Positions 27,493-36,780 are shown, numbered from the stretch's first letter. The stretch: 64,000 bases of DNA from Coriobacteriia bacterium (GCA_030651905.1 JAUSBS010000100.1:19892-83891); one strand, 5' to 3'. The notes: generated from the letters alone by a model not told the origin. Made by a program: numbers and translations.

Positions 27493-28614
27493 GTGAAGCT
27501 CGTGCGCACCGTCGTCATCGACACGAACGTTCTGCTCTCCCAGCCGGAGGCGATCAACGACTTCCCGGACGCCCTCGTCGTCATCCCGGACACCGTCCTG
27601 TCCGAGATCGACAAGCTCAAGACGGCGCGCGTCGACGCCGAGCTTCGCTACAAGGGCCGTGAGATCAGCCGCATGCTGTTCGAGCTCTCCGAAGTCGGCA
27701 GCCTGGCCGCCGGCGTGGACATGCCCAACGGCGGCCGCCTGCGGGTCGTCGCTCTGGGCAACGAGAACGCCTTGCCCGAAGGCCTCTCCGCGCGCAACGC
27801 GGACGACCGGATCCTCGCCATCGCCCTTCAGGCCAGCACGGAGGGCTGCGAGCAGCTCACGCTCGTGACCAACGATCTGAACATGCTGCTCAAGGCGCAG
27901 ACCTACGGCATCACCGTGGAACGGATCGAGAACCAGGACACGTTCGCGCGGCGCTTCATCATCCGTCCGTTCCAGCGCTACCGGGTGCCATTGACCATCC
28001 TGTCCATCGCGCTCGCCGTCTTCGCGGCGATCATCTACCTCATGGCGTTCAGCCCGTTCGCGCCGAACCGGTCCTCGAGCGGCATCGCCGCCCTGCCTCC
28101 GGAGTTCGTGGACCAGCTACCGCTCGAACAGCAACAGGTGCTGACCCTGCTCTACAAACTGCAGACGAACCCGAAGGACGCGGACTCCCAGCGACAGGTC
28201 GCCATCCTCTACGACCAGCTATCGGAGTCGAACATCGCGTTCCTCCCCTACGCGATCCAGCACTATGAGACGCTGCTGAAGCTCGCGCCGAGCGACACCG
28301 ACACCCGCAACGACCTCGCCACGGCCTACTTCCGCGCTGGTCGGATCGAGACCGCGATCCAAGAGGCAACGGCCGTCCTGCGCCAGGACCCCAGCCACGT
28401 CAACGCGAACTTCAACCTCGGCGTCTTCTATCTGGACTCCAAACCCAAGCAGTACCAGAAGGCGGCGAACCAGTTCGAGAAGGTCATCCGCCTCACGCAG
28501 AACAACTCGCGTCAACTCGACACGCTCGGCCGCGCGCGGACGATGCTCGACCAGGTCAAGAAGGACGCCACTGCCGCGGGCCAGCCGGTCAAGCTCAACG
28601 GAGGAACGCTGTGA
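27493..28614 (+). CDS. PIN-domain (PhoH/YlaK-type) protein fused to a TM helix and TPR repeats
   Basis: VVIDTNVLL...VIPDTVLSEIDKLK...ADDRILAIAL...LVTNDLNMLLKAQ is a PIN_YlaK-like pattern. This is followed by TM LTILSIALAVFAAIIYLMAF and TPR-like repeats (AILYDQL..., ATAYFRAGR..., NLGVFYL...). GTG start at 27493. Confidence 0.75.
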   Translation: MKLVRTVVIDTNVLLSQPEAINDFPDALVVIPDTVLSEIDKLKTARVDAELRYKGREISRMLFELSEVGSLAAGVDMPNGGRLRVVALGNENALPEGLSARNADDRILAIALQASTEGCEQLTLVTNDLNMLLKAQTYGITVERIENQDTFARRFIIRPFQRYRVPLTILSIALAVFAAIIYLMAFSPFAPNRSSSGIAALPPEFVDQLPLEQQQVLTLLYKLQTNPKDADSQRQVAILYDQLSESNIAFLPYAIQHYETLLKLAPSDTDTRNDLATAYFRAGRIETAIQEATAVLRQDPSHVNANFNLGVFYLDSKPKQYQKAANQFEKVIRLTQNNSRQLDTLGRARTMLDQVKKDATAAGQPVKLNGGTL

Positions 28615-29552
28615 ACGAGGTCATAGACATCGCCATCGTGGGCGGCGGCCCTGCGGGGCTGACCGCGGCGCTCTACGGCGCCCGCGCCCGGGCGAACACC
28701 GTGGTGTTCGAGAGCCAGCTTCCCGGCGGCGCGATCATCACCACCGACTGGATCGAGAACTACCCCGGCATGCCGGAGGGCCTCAACGGCTCCCGTATCG
28801 GTGAGCTCATGCACGCCCATGCCGAGAAGTTCGGGGCTCGCTTCCATACGTTCGTCCGCGTCGAGAGGATCCGCGAGGAGTCGGGCGGTTTCATCCTGAG
28901 CTGCGACGACGGCGAGGAGTACCCGGCCCGGACGGTCATCCTCTCCACCGGGTCGATCCCCCGCAAGCTGGGAGTACCCGGTGAGGCCGAGTTCACGGGT
29001 CGCGGTGTATCTTGGTGCGCCACGTGTGACGGAGCGCTCTTCCGCGGCAAGACCGTCGCTGTCATCGGCGGTGGCGATGCGGCCGTCGAAGAGGCGCTCT
29101 TCCTCACGAAGTTCGCCGAGAAGGTCTATCTCATCCACCGGCGTGACGAACTTCGCGCGACGAAGTGCATCCAGGAGCGCGCGATCGCGAACGAGAAGAT
29201 CGAACTCGTCTTGTCACGCATCCCGATCGAGATCACGGGGCATGAGGGCCGCGTCAGCGGCGTCCGGCTGCAATCCACTGCGGGCGAAGCCGACCAGCTC
29301 CTACCGCTCGACGGCGTCTTCGAGTTCATCGGGGTCCATCCGAACAGTGAACTCGTCTCGGGGCTCGTCGATCTTTCCGGAGCGGGCTGGGTGAAGATCG
29401 ACTCGTCGTGCATGACCTCGGTACCGGGACTCTTCGCGGCGGGCGACGTCACCGACACTCCCCTGAAACAGGTCGTCACCGCAGCGGGTCAGGGCGCCAC
29501 CGCGGCGTTCGAGGCGCTCCGACACGTCGATAGCGGCGTCTGTACGTTGTAG
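28611..29552 (+). CDS. trxB: thioredoxin-disulfide reductase
   Basis: GGGPAG FAD motif, redox-active CATCDG, and GGGDAAVEEA NADPH motif. The GTG start overlaps the upstream stop (GTGA), with GGAGGA RBS. Confidence 0.95.
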   Translation: MNEVIDIAIVGGGPAGLTAALYGARARANTVVFESQLPGGAIITTDWIENYPGMPEGLNGSRIGELMHAHAEKFGARFHTFVRVERIREESGGFILSCDDGEEYPARTVILSTGSIPRKLGVPGEAEFTGRGVSWCATCDGALFRGKTVAVIGGGDAAVEEALFLTKFAEKVYLIHRRDELRATKCIQERAIANEKIELVLSRIPIEITGHEGRVSGVRLQSTAGEADQLLPLDGVFEFIGVHPNSELVSGLVDLSGAGWVKIDSSCMTSVPGLFAAGDVTDTPLKQVVTAAGQGATAAFEALRHVDSGVCTL

Positions 29553-29609
29553 GATACGGAGGCGCGCCGCCGGCGCTTTCACACCCCCCACCGAAGGGAG
29601 CGTACGGCC

Positions 29610-29939
29610 GTGAGTGAGAACCTGATACAGGTCACGGACGCCGGATTCGAGGCGTCGGTCCTGAAGAGCGCCGTCCCTGTCGTCTTGGATTTCTGGGCCC
29701 CGTGGTGCGGCCCCTGCCGGATGATGGAACCGCTGCTCGAGGAACTGGCTGTCGAGTACGCGGGCAAGATCGTCATCGGGAAGCTCAACGTCGACGAGAA
29801 CCCCTCGACCGCGACCGGCTTCGACATCCTGTCGATCCCGACGCTGCTCGTCTTCTCGGGGGGTCAGGTCGTCAAGAAACTCGTCGGCGCGATGCCGAAG
29901 AAGCGCCTCATCGAAGAGCTCGGACCCTGGATAGGCTGA
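29610..29939 (+). CDS. trxA: thioredoxin
   Basis: WAPWCGPC active site; 109 aa; GAAGGGAG RBS before the GTG. Confidence 0.95.
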   Translation: MSENLIQVTDAGFEASVLKSAVPVVLDFWAPWCGPCRMMEPLLEELAVEYAGKIVIGKLNVDENPSTATGFDILSIPTLLVFSGGQVVKKLVGAMPKKRLIEELGPWIG

Positions 29940-29973
29940 CAAGCCCCGTTCGCAGAGAGGCGGACTGAGGACG

Positions 29974-30225
29974 ATGTGTGAGAGCGGTATCAACGTCGAC
30001 CAACTACGGATGTCCATCACGCACACCGAGAAGATGCTCGGCATGGCACAGGAGTGGATAGAGGAGTTGCATCACGTCGCCGACACCGGCAAGAAGCACG
30101 ATGCGAGCGTCGAGCTCGCTCAAGCGACCGTCCTGCTCGGCGAGGCCCGAGTGAAACTGGAGAAGGCCATCGACCGGCTGGACGGCGCTGCGCCCGCGGA
30201 GGGCGTCACGGTCGAGCTCGTCTAG
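29974..30225 (+). CDS. small helical hypothetical protein
   Basis: 83-aa ORF with strong GC3 bias and heptad-like content. No family recognised. SD spacing is short. Confidence 0.45.
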   Translation: MCESGINVDQLRMSITHTEKMLGMAQEWIEELHHVADTGKKHDASVELAQATVLLGEARVKLEKAIDRLDGAAPAEGVTVELV

Positions 30226-30272
30226 CACCCGTCGCGGCCGGCACCATCGGCAGCGACTCCCTCGAATCCCTC

Positions 30273-30302
30273 GAAGGACCTCGGCTGCGGCCGAGGTCCT
30301 TC
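30273..30302. terminator. 13-bp perfect hairpin between converging genes
   Basis: GAAGGACCTCGGC-tgcg-GCCGAGGTCCTTC abuts the cbiO stop. Confidence 0.55.
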
Positions 30303-30303
30303 G

Positions 30304-31056
30304 CTATGCCCGGGCGCAGACCGGGCAGGCCTGCAGCGCCAGTGGTCGTTCCAGCCCGCTGGCTTCGAGCAGGGCGTCGTCGCAGAAGATCTCGCGGGTG
30401 GGCCCGTCGGCCGTCACGGTCCCGCCGCTCATGACGATGGTCCGCTCGCACAGGTCGAGCGCCAGATCGAGGTCGTGGGTGGCGATGACCTTCGTGTGCT
30501 CGAAGGTCGCCAGTAGGGCGATGAGACGCCGGCGCGCTCGGGGATCAAGGTTCGACGACGGCTCGTCCAAGACGAGCATGCTCGGTGACATGGCGAGCAC
30601 GGTCGCGATCGAGACCGCACGCTTCTCCCCGCCCGACAGCCGGTACGGGGGCCGGTCCTTGAGCGCGAGCGAACCGACGCGGGAGAGCGCCTCGTCCACG
30701 CGCGCGTCTATCTCCTCGGGCGAGAGCCCCAGGTTCATCGGCCCGAAGGCGACGTCCTCAGCGACCGTCGGCATGAAGAGCTGGTCGTCGGGGTCCTGGA
30801 ACACCATGCCCACGGTCTTTCGGATGTCCTTGACGGTGTGCTTCGTGACCGGCAGGCCGCCGATGCGGACCTCCCCCTTCGAGGGGCTCAGGAAGCCGTT
30901 GAGGTGCATGAGCAGCGTCGACTTGCCCGCCCCGTTGGCGCCCACGATAGCCACGGACTCGCCGTGCCCTAGATGGAAGCTGACCCCGGTCAGCGCCACC
31001 GTGCCGTCCGGGTAGGCGAAGCCGAGGTTGGTGACGTCGAGCGTGTGATGGCTCAT
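30304..31056 (-). CDS. cbiO: ECF-type Ni/Co transporter ATPase (CbiO/NikO)
   Basis: Walker A GANGAGKST, LSGGEKRAVSIA, LVLDEPSSNLD. The ATG overlaps the cbiQ stop (ATGA). Confidence 0.9.
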   Translation of the reverse strand: MSHHTLDVTNLGFAYPDGTVALTGVSFHLGHGESVAIVGANGAGKSTLLMHLNGFLSPSKGEVRIGGLPVTKHTVKDIRKTVGMVFQDPDDQLFMPTVAEDVAFGPMNLGLSPEEIDARVDEALSRVGSLALKDRPPYRLSGGEKRAVSIATVLAMSPSMLVLDEPSSNLDPRARRRLIALLATFEHTKVIATHDLDLALDLCERTIVMSGGTVTADGPTREIFCDDALLEASGLERPLALQACPVCARA

Positions 31057-31865
31057 GAGGGCACTCCCGTGACGATCTGTCCCACGAGCAGCGGGACGTT
31101 GTACAGGCGCAGTAACACGAACGCGGCGGACCAACCGAGCACGAAGGCGGCGTCGCGGCCGGTGAAGCGCAGGCGCGCGCGAACGCGCACGTGGCCGTCG
31201 AACCCACGGCACAGCATCGCCAGGTAGATGCGCTGAGCGCGCGCATAGGTCCGCAGGAGCAGCGACCCCATCATCTGACCGTAGACCCGCGGGCCCATGC
31301 CGCGCCCGTCGAAGGAGCGCAGGGCCCGGGCCCGCGTCATGCGCATGCCCTCTTCGCCGAGCACGAATATGTACCGATAGAGCAGCAGCATCTGGGTGGC
31401 GAAGACGTCGGGCGCGCCGAGCTTCTCGATGGCCATGCACACGCCCGTGAAGCTCGTCGTCCCGATAAGCGCGAGCGCGGCGATCGTAGTGAGCGAGAAA
31501 CGCAGCAGTATCGAGGCGAACGAGACCCAGCCGCCGGTGATCGCCAGGCCGCCCAGCTGGCCGACCACCGTGCGGTCGAGGATCGGGTTGAACATCCCGA
31601 TGACCACGGCGAACGGCGCCACGATCAGCACCTTGCGCATCAGGAACCCGATGGGAAGATCGCCCCGGCTCGCTATGACCAGGGGGAACAGCACGAACGG
31701 CAGGAGCGGAAGCACGTCGTACTTGCCGAACGAGACCACGCACACCAGGAAGACGAGTGTCGTCAGGACCTTCGCGCGCGGGTCAAGCCGGTGCACGGCC
31801 GTGTCCTGGTACGCGAGCCTGTCCAGCTGCCCGAGCTGGTAGAGGCCCTGTTCGATGGACGGCAT
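31053..31865 (-). CDS. cbiQ: ECF transporter T component (CbiQ/NikQ)
   Basis: MPSIEQGLYQLGQLDRLAYQDTAVHRLDPRAK..., with about 5 TM segments and conserved ...ARALRSF. Confidence 0.9.
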   Translation of the reverse strand: MPSIEQGLYQLGQLDRLAYQDTAVHRLDPRAKVLTTLVFLVCVVSFGKYDVLPLLPFVLFPLVIASRGDLPIGFLMRKVLIVAPFAVVIGMFNPILDRTVVGQLGGLAITGGWVSFASILLRFSLTTIAALALIGTTSFTGVCMAIEKLGAPDVFATQMLLLYRYIFVLGEEGMRMTRARALRSFDGRGMGPRVYGQMMGSLLLRTYARAQRIYLAMLCRGFDGHVRVRARLRFTGRDAAFVLGWSAAFVLLRLYNVPLLVGQIVTGVPS

Positions 31866-31879
31866 GGGCTGCTCCGCCG

Positions 31880-32299
31880 TCAGTCGATGCCGACGCCGGT
31901 GGTCGTCGCCACGAACTTGCCGTGCTTGACCCCCTTGGTGCCGATGAGCTCGTCGGCGATCCGCTTGATCTCGGCGGACGGCCCCCGCATGACGACGACC
32001 TCGAGGCAGTGGTGCGCGTCCAGGTGGATGTGCAGCGTGGACACGATCGACTGATGGTGTGAGTGCTGGTGCTCGGTGAGCTTGTCGGCCAGGTCCGTGG
32101 AGTGGTGGTCGTAGACAAGGGTGACCGTGCCGACCGCTTCCGCGTCGCCACTGCTCCACTGCTCCTCGACGAGCGCGTTGCGGATGAGGTCGCGCACGGC
32201 CTCCGACCGGTTGACGTAGCCCTTGTCGGCGATGAGCGCGTCGAAGCGCTGGACAAGGCGCTCGTCGGCCGAGATCCCGAATCTGACGATGTCTGGCAT
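31880..32299 (-). CDS. nikR: nickel-responsive regulator NikR
   Basis: Ribbon-helix-helix N-terminus [23 protein letters not shown]...[15 protein letters not shown]-terminal metal site HHQ...[12 protein letters not shown]. Confidence 0.9.
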   Translation of the reverse strand: MPDIVRFGISADERLVQRFDALIADKGYVNRSEAVRDLIRNALVEEQWSSGDAEAVGTVTLVYDHHSTDLADKLTEHQHSHHQSIVSTLHIHLDAHHCLEVVVMRGPSAEIKRIADELIGTKGVKHGKFVATTTGVGID

Positions 32300-32325
32300 C
32301 CCCGTGGCCCCTTCGTGTGCTGTTC

Positions 32326-32467
32326 GTGCTACGCCGATACTGCCCGGATAGCACCTGGATGGCACGCTCGCATGAGTTCGTGCGAATCGTTCCGATACGC
32401 TTGACGTGGCCTTTTGCCGTCGCTACGGTCGATCAGAATCGTAGCACGGATTCTGCAACGGTAGCAC
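32326..32467. promoter_or_regulatory. nikR/cbiM divergent control region: repeated GTAGCAC/GTGCTAC boxes and candidate cbiM promoter
   Basis: GTGCTA-N17-TAGCAC (32326-32354). GCTACG-N12-CGTAGC (32422-32445). Direct GTAGCAC copies at 32441 and 32461. TTGACG(32401)-17-TACGGT(32424) overlaps the second inverted repeat. Confidence 0.35.
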
Positions 32468-32512
32468 CCCGCGGATACGCGCAGCCCGTCCCACTCTGGA
32501 GAAGACCAGACC

Positions 32513-33565
32513 ATGCATATGGCCGACGCACTGATATCCCCGGCGGTCGGCGGCGCGCTCTGGGTCGCCACTGCCGCCACCACGGTCTACTGCGCGAAGA
32601 AGGTCCGCGAGGAGTCCGACCAGGGCAAGGTACCGCTCATGGGCGTCACCGGCGCCTTCATCTTCGCGGCGCAGATGATCAACTTCACCATTCCCGGGAC
32701 CGGCTCGAGCGGTCACCTCGGCGGGGGTCTGATACTGGCGCTTCTGCTCGGACCCGAGGCCGCCTTCCTCGTCATGGCCTCGGTGCTCGGCGTGCAGGCG
32801 CTCTTCTTCGCTGACGGAGGCCTGTTGGCGCTGGGCGCCAACATCTTCAACCTCGGCTTCTTCCCGGCGTTCATCGCTCTCCCCTTCGTCTACCGCACGA
32901 TCGCGGGGGCGGCGCCGACGCGCGGTCGCGTCATCGCCGCCAGCCTTGCCGCCGTGACCGTCGGCCTCCAGCTCGGAGCGTTCGGCGTGGTGCTGGAGAC
33001 GGTCGCATCGGGCATCAGCGAGCTGCCGTTCTCGGCGTTCGTCCTTGCGATGCAGCCGATCCATCTCGCGATCGGGATCGTGGAGGGGCTGGTGACCGCG
33101 GGCGTCGTGCTCTTCGTGATGGCCGCGCAGCCGGACATGCTCGCGCGGATCTCGGAGCGCAAGGCACTGTCGGGCGTGCGACTGAAGCCCGTCCTGATAG
33201 GCCTTGCGATAGCCGCCGTCGTGGCGGGCGGCGCGCTGTCCTGGTTCGCGTCGGTCAACCCCGACGGGCTCGAGTGGTCCATGGAGAAGGTCGCCGGCAA
33301 GCTCGAGATCGAGGGCTCGGCGGGCGAGGCGGTCCACGCTGCATCGGCCTCGCTGCAGGAGAGGACGGCGTTCATGCCCGACTACGGCTTCAAGTCGGCC
33401 GCTGAGCCCGCCGGCGAAGAGGCCGCACCCGCGTGGCCCTCGGTCGACGCCGGAACGAGCGTCGCTGGCGTTGTGGGCGGTGCGATCACGCTCGCAGTCG
33501 CAGCTTTGATCGGGCTCGCGCTCAGGCGCAAGCGGCCCAACACGGAGGCCCCCGCCGCTTCGTAG
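32513..33565 (+). CDS. cbiM: CbiM/NikM substrate-capture component fused to a PDGLE domain
   Basis: MHMADALISP... is the CbiM-type N-terminal Met-His. GSSGHLGG is present. The C-terminal extension carries NPDGLEW and a final TM segment. Confidence 0.85.
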   Translation: MHMADALISPAVGGALWVATAATTVYCAKKVREESDQGKVPLMGVTGAFIFAAQMINFTIPGTGSSGHLGGGLILALLLGPEAAFLVMASVLGVQALFFADGGLLALGANIFNLGFFPAFIALPFVYRTIAGAAPTRGRVIAASLAAVTVGLQLGAFGVVLETVASGISELPFSAFVLAMQPIHLAIGIVEGLVTAGVVLFVMAAQPDMLARISERKALSGVRLKPVLIGLAIAAVVAGGALSWFASVNPDGLEWSMEKVAGKLEIEGSAGEAVHAASASLQERTAFMPDYGFKSAAEPAGEEAAPAWPSVDAGTSVAGVVGGAITLAVAALIGLALRRKRPNTEAPAAS

Positions 33566-33585
33566 AACCGACCACCTCCCTCACC

Positions 33586-33627
33586 GCGAGCCCCGTACGC
33601 CTCCCGAACAGGCGCGACGGGGCTCGC
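33586..33627 (+). terminator. 11-bp perfect hairpin after cbiM
   Basis: GCGAGCCCCGT-(20 nt)-ACGGGGCTCGC, followed by GTGTTATGG. Confidence 0.5.
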
Positions 33628-33637
33628 GTGTTATGGC

Positions 33638-33643
33638 TACAAT
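33638..33643 (+). promoter_or_regulatory. candidate -10 box TACAAT, 6 nt before ATG 33650 (possible leaderless start of the hyp transcription unit)
   Basis: GGCTACAATCGGCGCATG. No SD. The -35 is weak. Confidence 0.3.
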
Positions 33644-33649
33644 CGGCGC

Positions 33650-34300
33650 ATGAAGACGAAGCACCGCGCCACCGCCACGCTGACCTACGTGCCGTTCGCC
33701 GAGGCGCCCTTGTATTGGGAGTGCCCGGTCTGCGGCAACCTCTCCGGCGCACTCGTCATGGCCGACGCGAACACCCCGTGCCCGCGTTGCGGCACGGCGG
33801 GCGTCGAGAGGCGCTCCTTCCCGAACGAACGCCTCGGCCATCTCGACGAGCGGATCCGCAAGTACCACGCCGAATCCGAGTGGGAGATCGTCGTCATACT
33901 GGGAGCCACGTTCCTCGAGACACTCCTCGAGGACATGCTCGACCGCATCATGGGAGCCCATGGCGCCGATGTCGCGGTGCGCTCGATGGTGCTCGACAAC
34001 GTGCGCGCGGTGGGCCAGCGCATCGGCAGACTCTTCCCCCAGCTCACCGGCGAGGAGTTCGAGGCCGCCGCTCTCGAGATGGGCTTCCGCGACTTCCCGA
34101 AGCGCTGGCGGCGCATCCGAGAGGTGCGCAACGCGTTCATCCACGACACGCAGTACCGCGAGGAGATCGAGGCCCTCGATGCCGCGACCGCCCTGCGCAC
34201 CATGGAGCTCATGGACCAGGCCTACTCGCTGTTCGTGTCGATGAACAACAAGTTCGTGGCTGACGGGCAGCGCGTCCGGGGGGCCGTGCAGAGGCCGTGA
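33650..34300 (+). CDS. zinc-ribbon protein with HEPN/DUF4145-like C-terminal domain
   Basis: CPVCGN...CPRCG is a zinc ribbon. The helical domain ends in RRIREVRNAFIHD (Rx4H, RN..H as in HEPN/DUF4145). The stop overlaps the hypF GTG (GTGA). Confidence 0.65.
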   Translation: MKTKHRATATLTYVPFAEAPLYWECPVCGNLSGALVMADANTPCPRCGTAGVERRSFPNERLGHLDERIRKYHAESEWEIVVILGATFLETLLEDMLDRIMGAHGADVAVRSMVLDNVRAVGQRIGRLFPQLTGEEFEAAALEMGFRDFPKRWRRIREVRNAFIHDTQYREEIEALDAATALRTMELMDQAYSLFVSMNNKFVADGQRVRGAVQRP

Positions 34301-36780
34301 GCGCCGCCCGGCTGCGCATCACCGGCGTCGTCCAGGGCGTGGGCTTCCGCCCCTTCGTCTACAGCCTCGCGCGGTCGCACGCGCTCACCGGCTGGGTCAA
34401 CAACACCTCCGAGGGCGTGTTCGCGGTGGTCGAGGGCGACCCCGACGCCATCGCAACGTTCGCCCGGGAGGTCCGCGAGCTCGCGCCAGTGCAGGCGGTC
34501 GTCGAGACGGTCGACGTGACGCCGGTCGAGCCCGAGGGCTTCGCCGACTTCACGATCCGCGAGTCGGAGGCGGCCGATGGCGCGATGACGCTCGTCTCCC
34601 CCGACATCGCCACGTGCCCGGCATGCCTCGCGGAGCTGCGCGACCCGGGCGACCGCAGGCACCGCTACCCCTTCGTGAACTGCACGAACTGCGGCCCGCG
34701 CTTCACCATCATCGAGGACGTGCCGTACGACCGGCCGAAGACCACCATGCGCGGCTTCCCGATGTGCCACGCGTGCGCCGCCGAGTACGCCGACCCGGCG
34801 AACCGCCGGTTCCACGCTCAGCCGAACGCATGCCCGGTGTGCGGGCCGCGGCTCTACCTCAACGTGAAGGGACGCGCGCCGTCGGGCTGGGAGTGGGACT
34901 GGGCGAAGGACCGCGTCCCGCGCCCGCACCACGACGCCGCAGCCGAGCACGGACGCACCGACGACATCCTCCAAGCCGCCCGGTTCATGCTCGAAGGCGG
35001 CGACATCCTCGCGATCAAGGGGCTCGGCGGCTTCCATCTCGCGTGCGACGCGACCAACGAGGTCGCGGTCGCGCGCCTGCGCGAGCGCAAACGCCGCTGG
35101 GGCAAGCCCTTCGCCGTCATGTTCCCGGACCTCGCCGCAGCCCGCGAGCACTGCGTGATCGACGAGGCCGAGGCGGCGCTCCTGGAAGGCAGCGTCCGCC
35201 CGATCGTGCTGGCCCGGCGACTCGACACTGCTAGCGACGCGCACGAGGCGGCGCTAGTCGCTGGCGGCACCTCGCAGCGCGCCTCCGCAGGCGTGTTCGT
35301 CGGCGAAGCCGATGGACACTCCGAGGACAGCGCGCGAAGGGGTGCCGGCGGCGGCGAAGCCGCCCCCATGTCCGCCCTTGCCCTTTCTGTCGCGCCCGGG
35401 CTGGCGGAACTCGGGGTCATGCTGCCGTACACGCCGCTACATCATGTGTTGCTCGCAGACCTCGGGCGGCCGCTGGTCATGACGTCGGGGAACCTGAGCG
35501 ACGAGCCGATCGCGATGGACAACGCCGAGGCGCTCGCGCGGCTCGCGGCACTCGCGGACGGCTTCCTGCTGCATGACAGGGGCATCTACGCGCGGTACGA
35601 CGACTCCGTGGTGCGCGTCGTCGCGGGCGAGACCGAGATGGTGCGCCGCTCGCGCGGGTACGCGCCGTTCCCTCTGAGGCTGCCGGCACCGGCGGGACTG
35701 CAGGTCTTCGCGGCAGGCCCGGAGCAGAAGAACACGTTCTGCCTGACGAGGGGCGCCTACGCGTTCGTGTCGCAGCACGTGGGCGACATGGAGAACGCCG
35801 AGACGCTGGAGCAGTACGAGTCCACGCTGGCGCTCTACCAACGCATGTTCCGGATCGAACCCGAGCTTGTCGCCTACGACCTGCATCCGGAGTACCTCTC
35901 GACCAAGTTCGCGCTGTCGCTGGGGCTGCCGACGGAGGGCGTCCAGCACCATCACGCCCACGTCGTCGCCGTCGCGGCGGAGCACGGCGTCCGGGAGCCC
36001 GTCGTGGGGCTGGCGTTCGACGGCACCGGCTACGGCACGGACGGCACGATCTGGGGCGGCGAAGTGCTGATCTCGACGTGGCGCGACTTCGAACGGTTCG
36101 CGCACCTGAAGGCGGTACCGATGCCCGGCGGAGCTGCCGCGGTGCGTCGGCCCGCGCGCATGGCACTGGGCTTGCTGTCAGGGCTGGACAGAGGGCTGTT
36201 GGACCACCCCGGTCTCATCAACCTGCACAGCGGGCTCGCAACGGACGAACTCACGACGATCCTCGCAATGGCAGACCAGGGAATCAACAGTCCTCTCACG
36301 TCGTCCATGGGCCGCCTCTTCGACGCGGTCGCCGCCATCACGGGCGTGCGGTCCGATGCCCTGTACGAGGGTCAGCCGGCCATCGAGCTCGAGGCCGCGG
36401 CCGACCCCGGCGAGACCGGCGCGTACCACTTCGATGTGAGCAGCTCCTCCCCCGTCGTGATCGACCCGCTTCCCGTCGTCTCGGCGCTGCTCGACGACCT
36501 CGCAGCGGGGGTGAGCGTCCCCGTCGTGTCCGCGCGCTTCCACAACGGCGTCGCAGCGATGGCGGTCGAGATCGCCCGCGGCGCAGCGAAGGCGTCCGGC
36601 GCGCGCCACGTGGTCGTGTCCGGCGGCGTCATGATGAATCGGCTCCTGCTCGCAGGCATCCTGCGCGGGGTCGAAGCAGCCGGCCTCACGCCGCTGCTGC
36701 CCCGGGCGCTGCCGATCAACGACGGCGGCATCTCGTTCGGTCAGGCCGTCGTGGCGCTCGCGCGCCGCGATGCGGTATAA
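34297..36780 (+). CDS. hypF: [NiFe]-hydrogenase maturation carbamoyltransferase HypF
   Basis: Acylphosphatase domain (VQGVGFRPFVY), two CxxC zinc-finger pairs, YrdC-like and Kae1-like domains; 827 aa. Confidence 0.95.
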   Translation: MSAARLRITGVVQGVGFRPFVYSLARSHALTGWVNNTSEGVFAVVEGDPDAIATFAREVRELAPVQAVVETVDVTPVEPEGFADFTIRESEAADGAMTLVSPDIATCPACLAELRDPGDRRHRYPFVNCTNCGPRFTIIEDVPYDRPKTTMRGFPMCHACAAEYADPANRRFHAQPNACPVCGPRLYLNVKGRAPSGWEWDWAKDRVPRPHHDAAAEHGRTDDILQAARFMLEGGDILAIKGLGGFHLACDATNEVAVARLRERKRRWGKPFAVMFPDLAAAREHCVIDEAEAALLEGSVRPIVLARRLDTASDAHEAALVAGGTSQRASAGVFVGEADGHSEDSARRGAGGGEAAPMSALALSVAPGLAELGVMLPYTPLHHVLLADLGRPLVMTSGNLSDEPIAMDNAEALARLAALADGFLLHDRGIYARYDDSVVRVVAGETEMVRRSRGYAPFPLRLPAPAGLQVFAAGPEQKNTFCLTRGAYAFVSQHVGDMENAETLEQYESTLALYQRMFRIEPELVAYDLHPEYLSTKFALSLGLPTEGVQHHHAHVVAVAAEHGVREPVVGLAFDGTGYGTDGTIWGGEVLISTWRDFERFAHLKAVPMPGGAAAVRRPARMALGLLSGLDRGLLDHPGLINLHSGLATDELTTILAMADQGINSPLTSSMGRLFDAVAAITGVRSDALYEGQPAIELEAAADPGETGAYHFDVSSSSPVVIDPLPVVSALLDDLAAGVSVPVVSARFHNGVAAMAVEIARGAAKASGARHVVVSGGVMMNRLLLAGILRGVEAAGLTPLLPRALPINDGGISFGQAVVALARRDAV

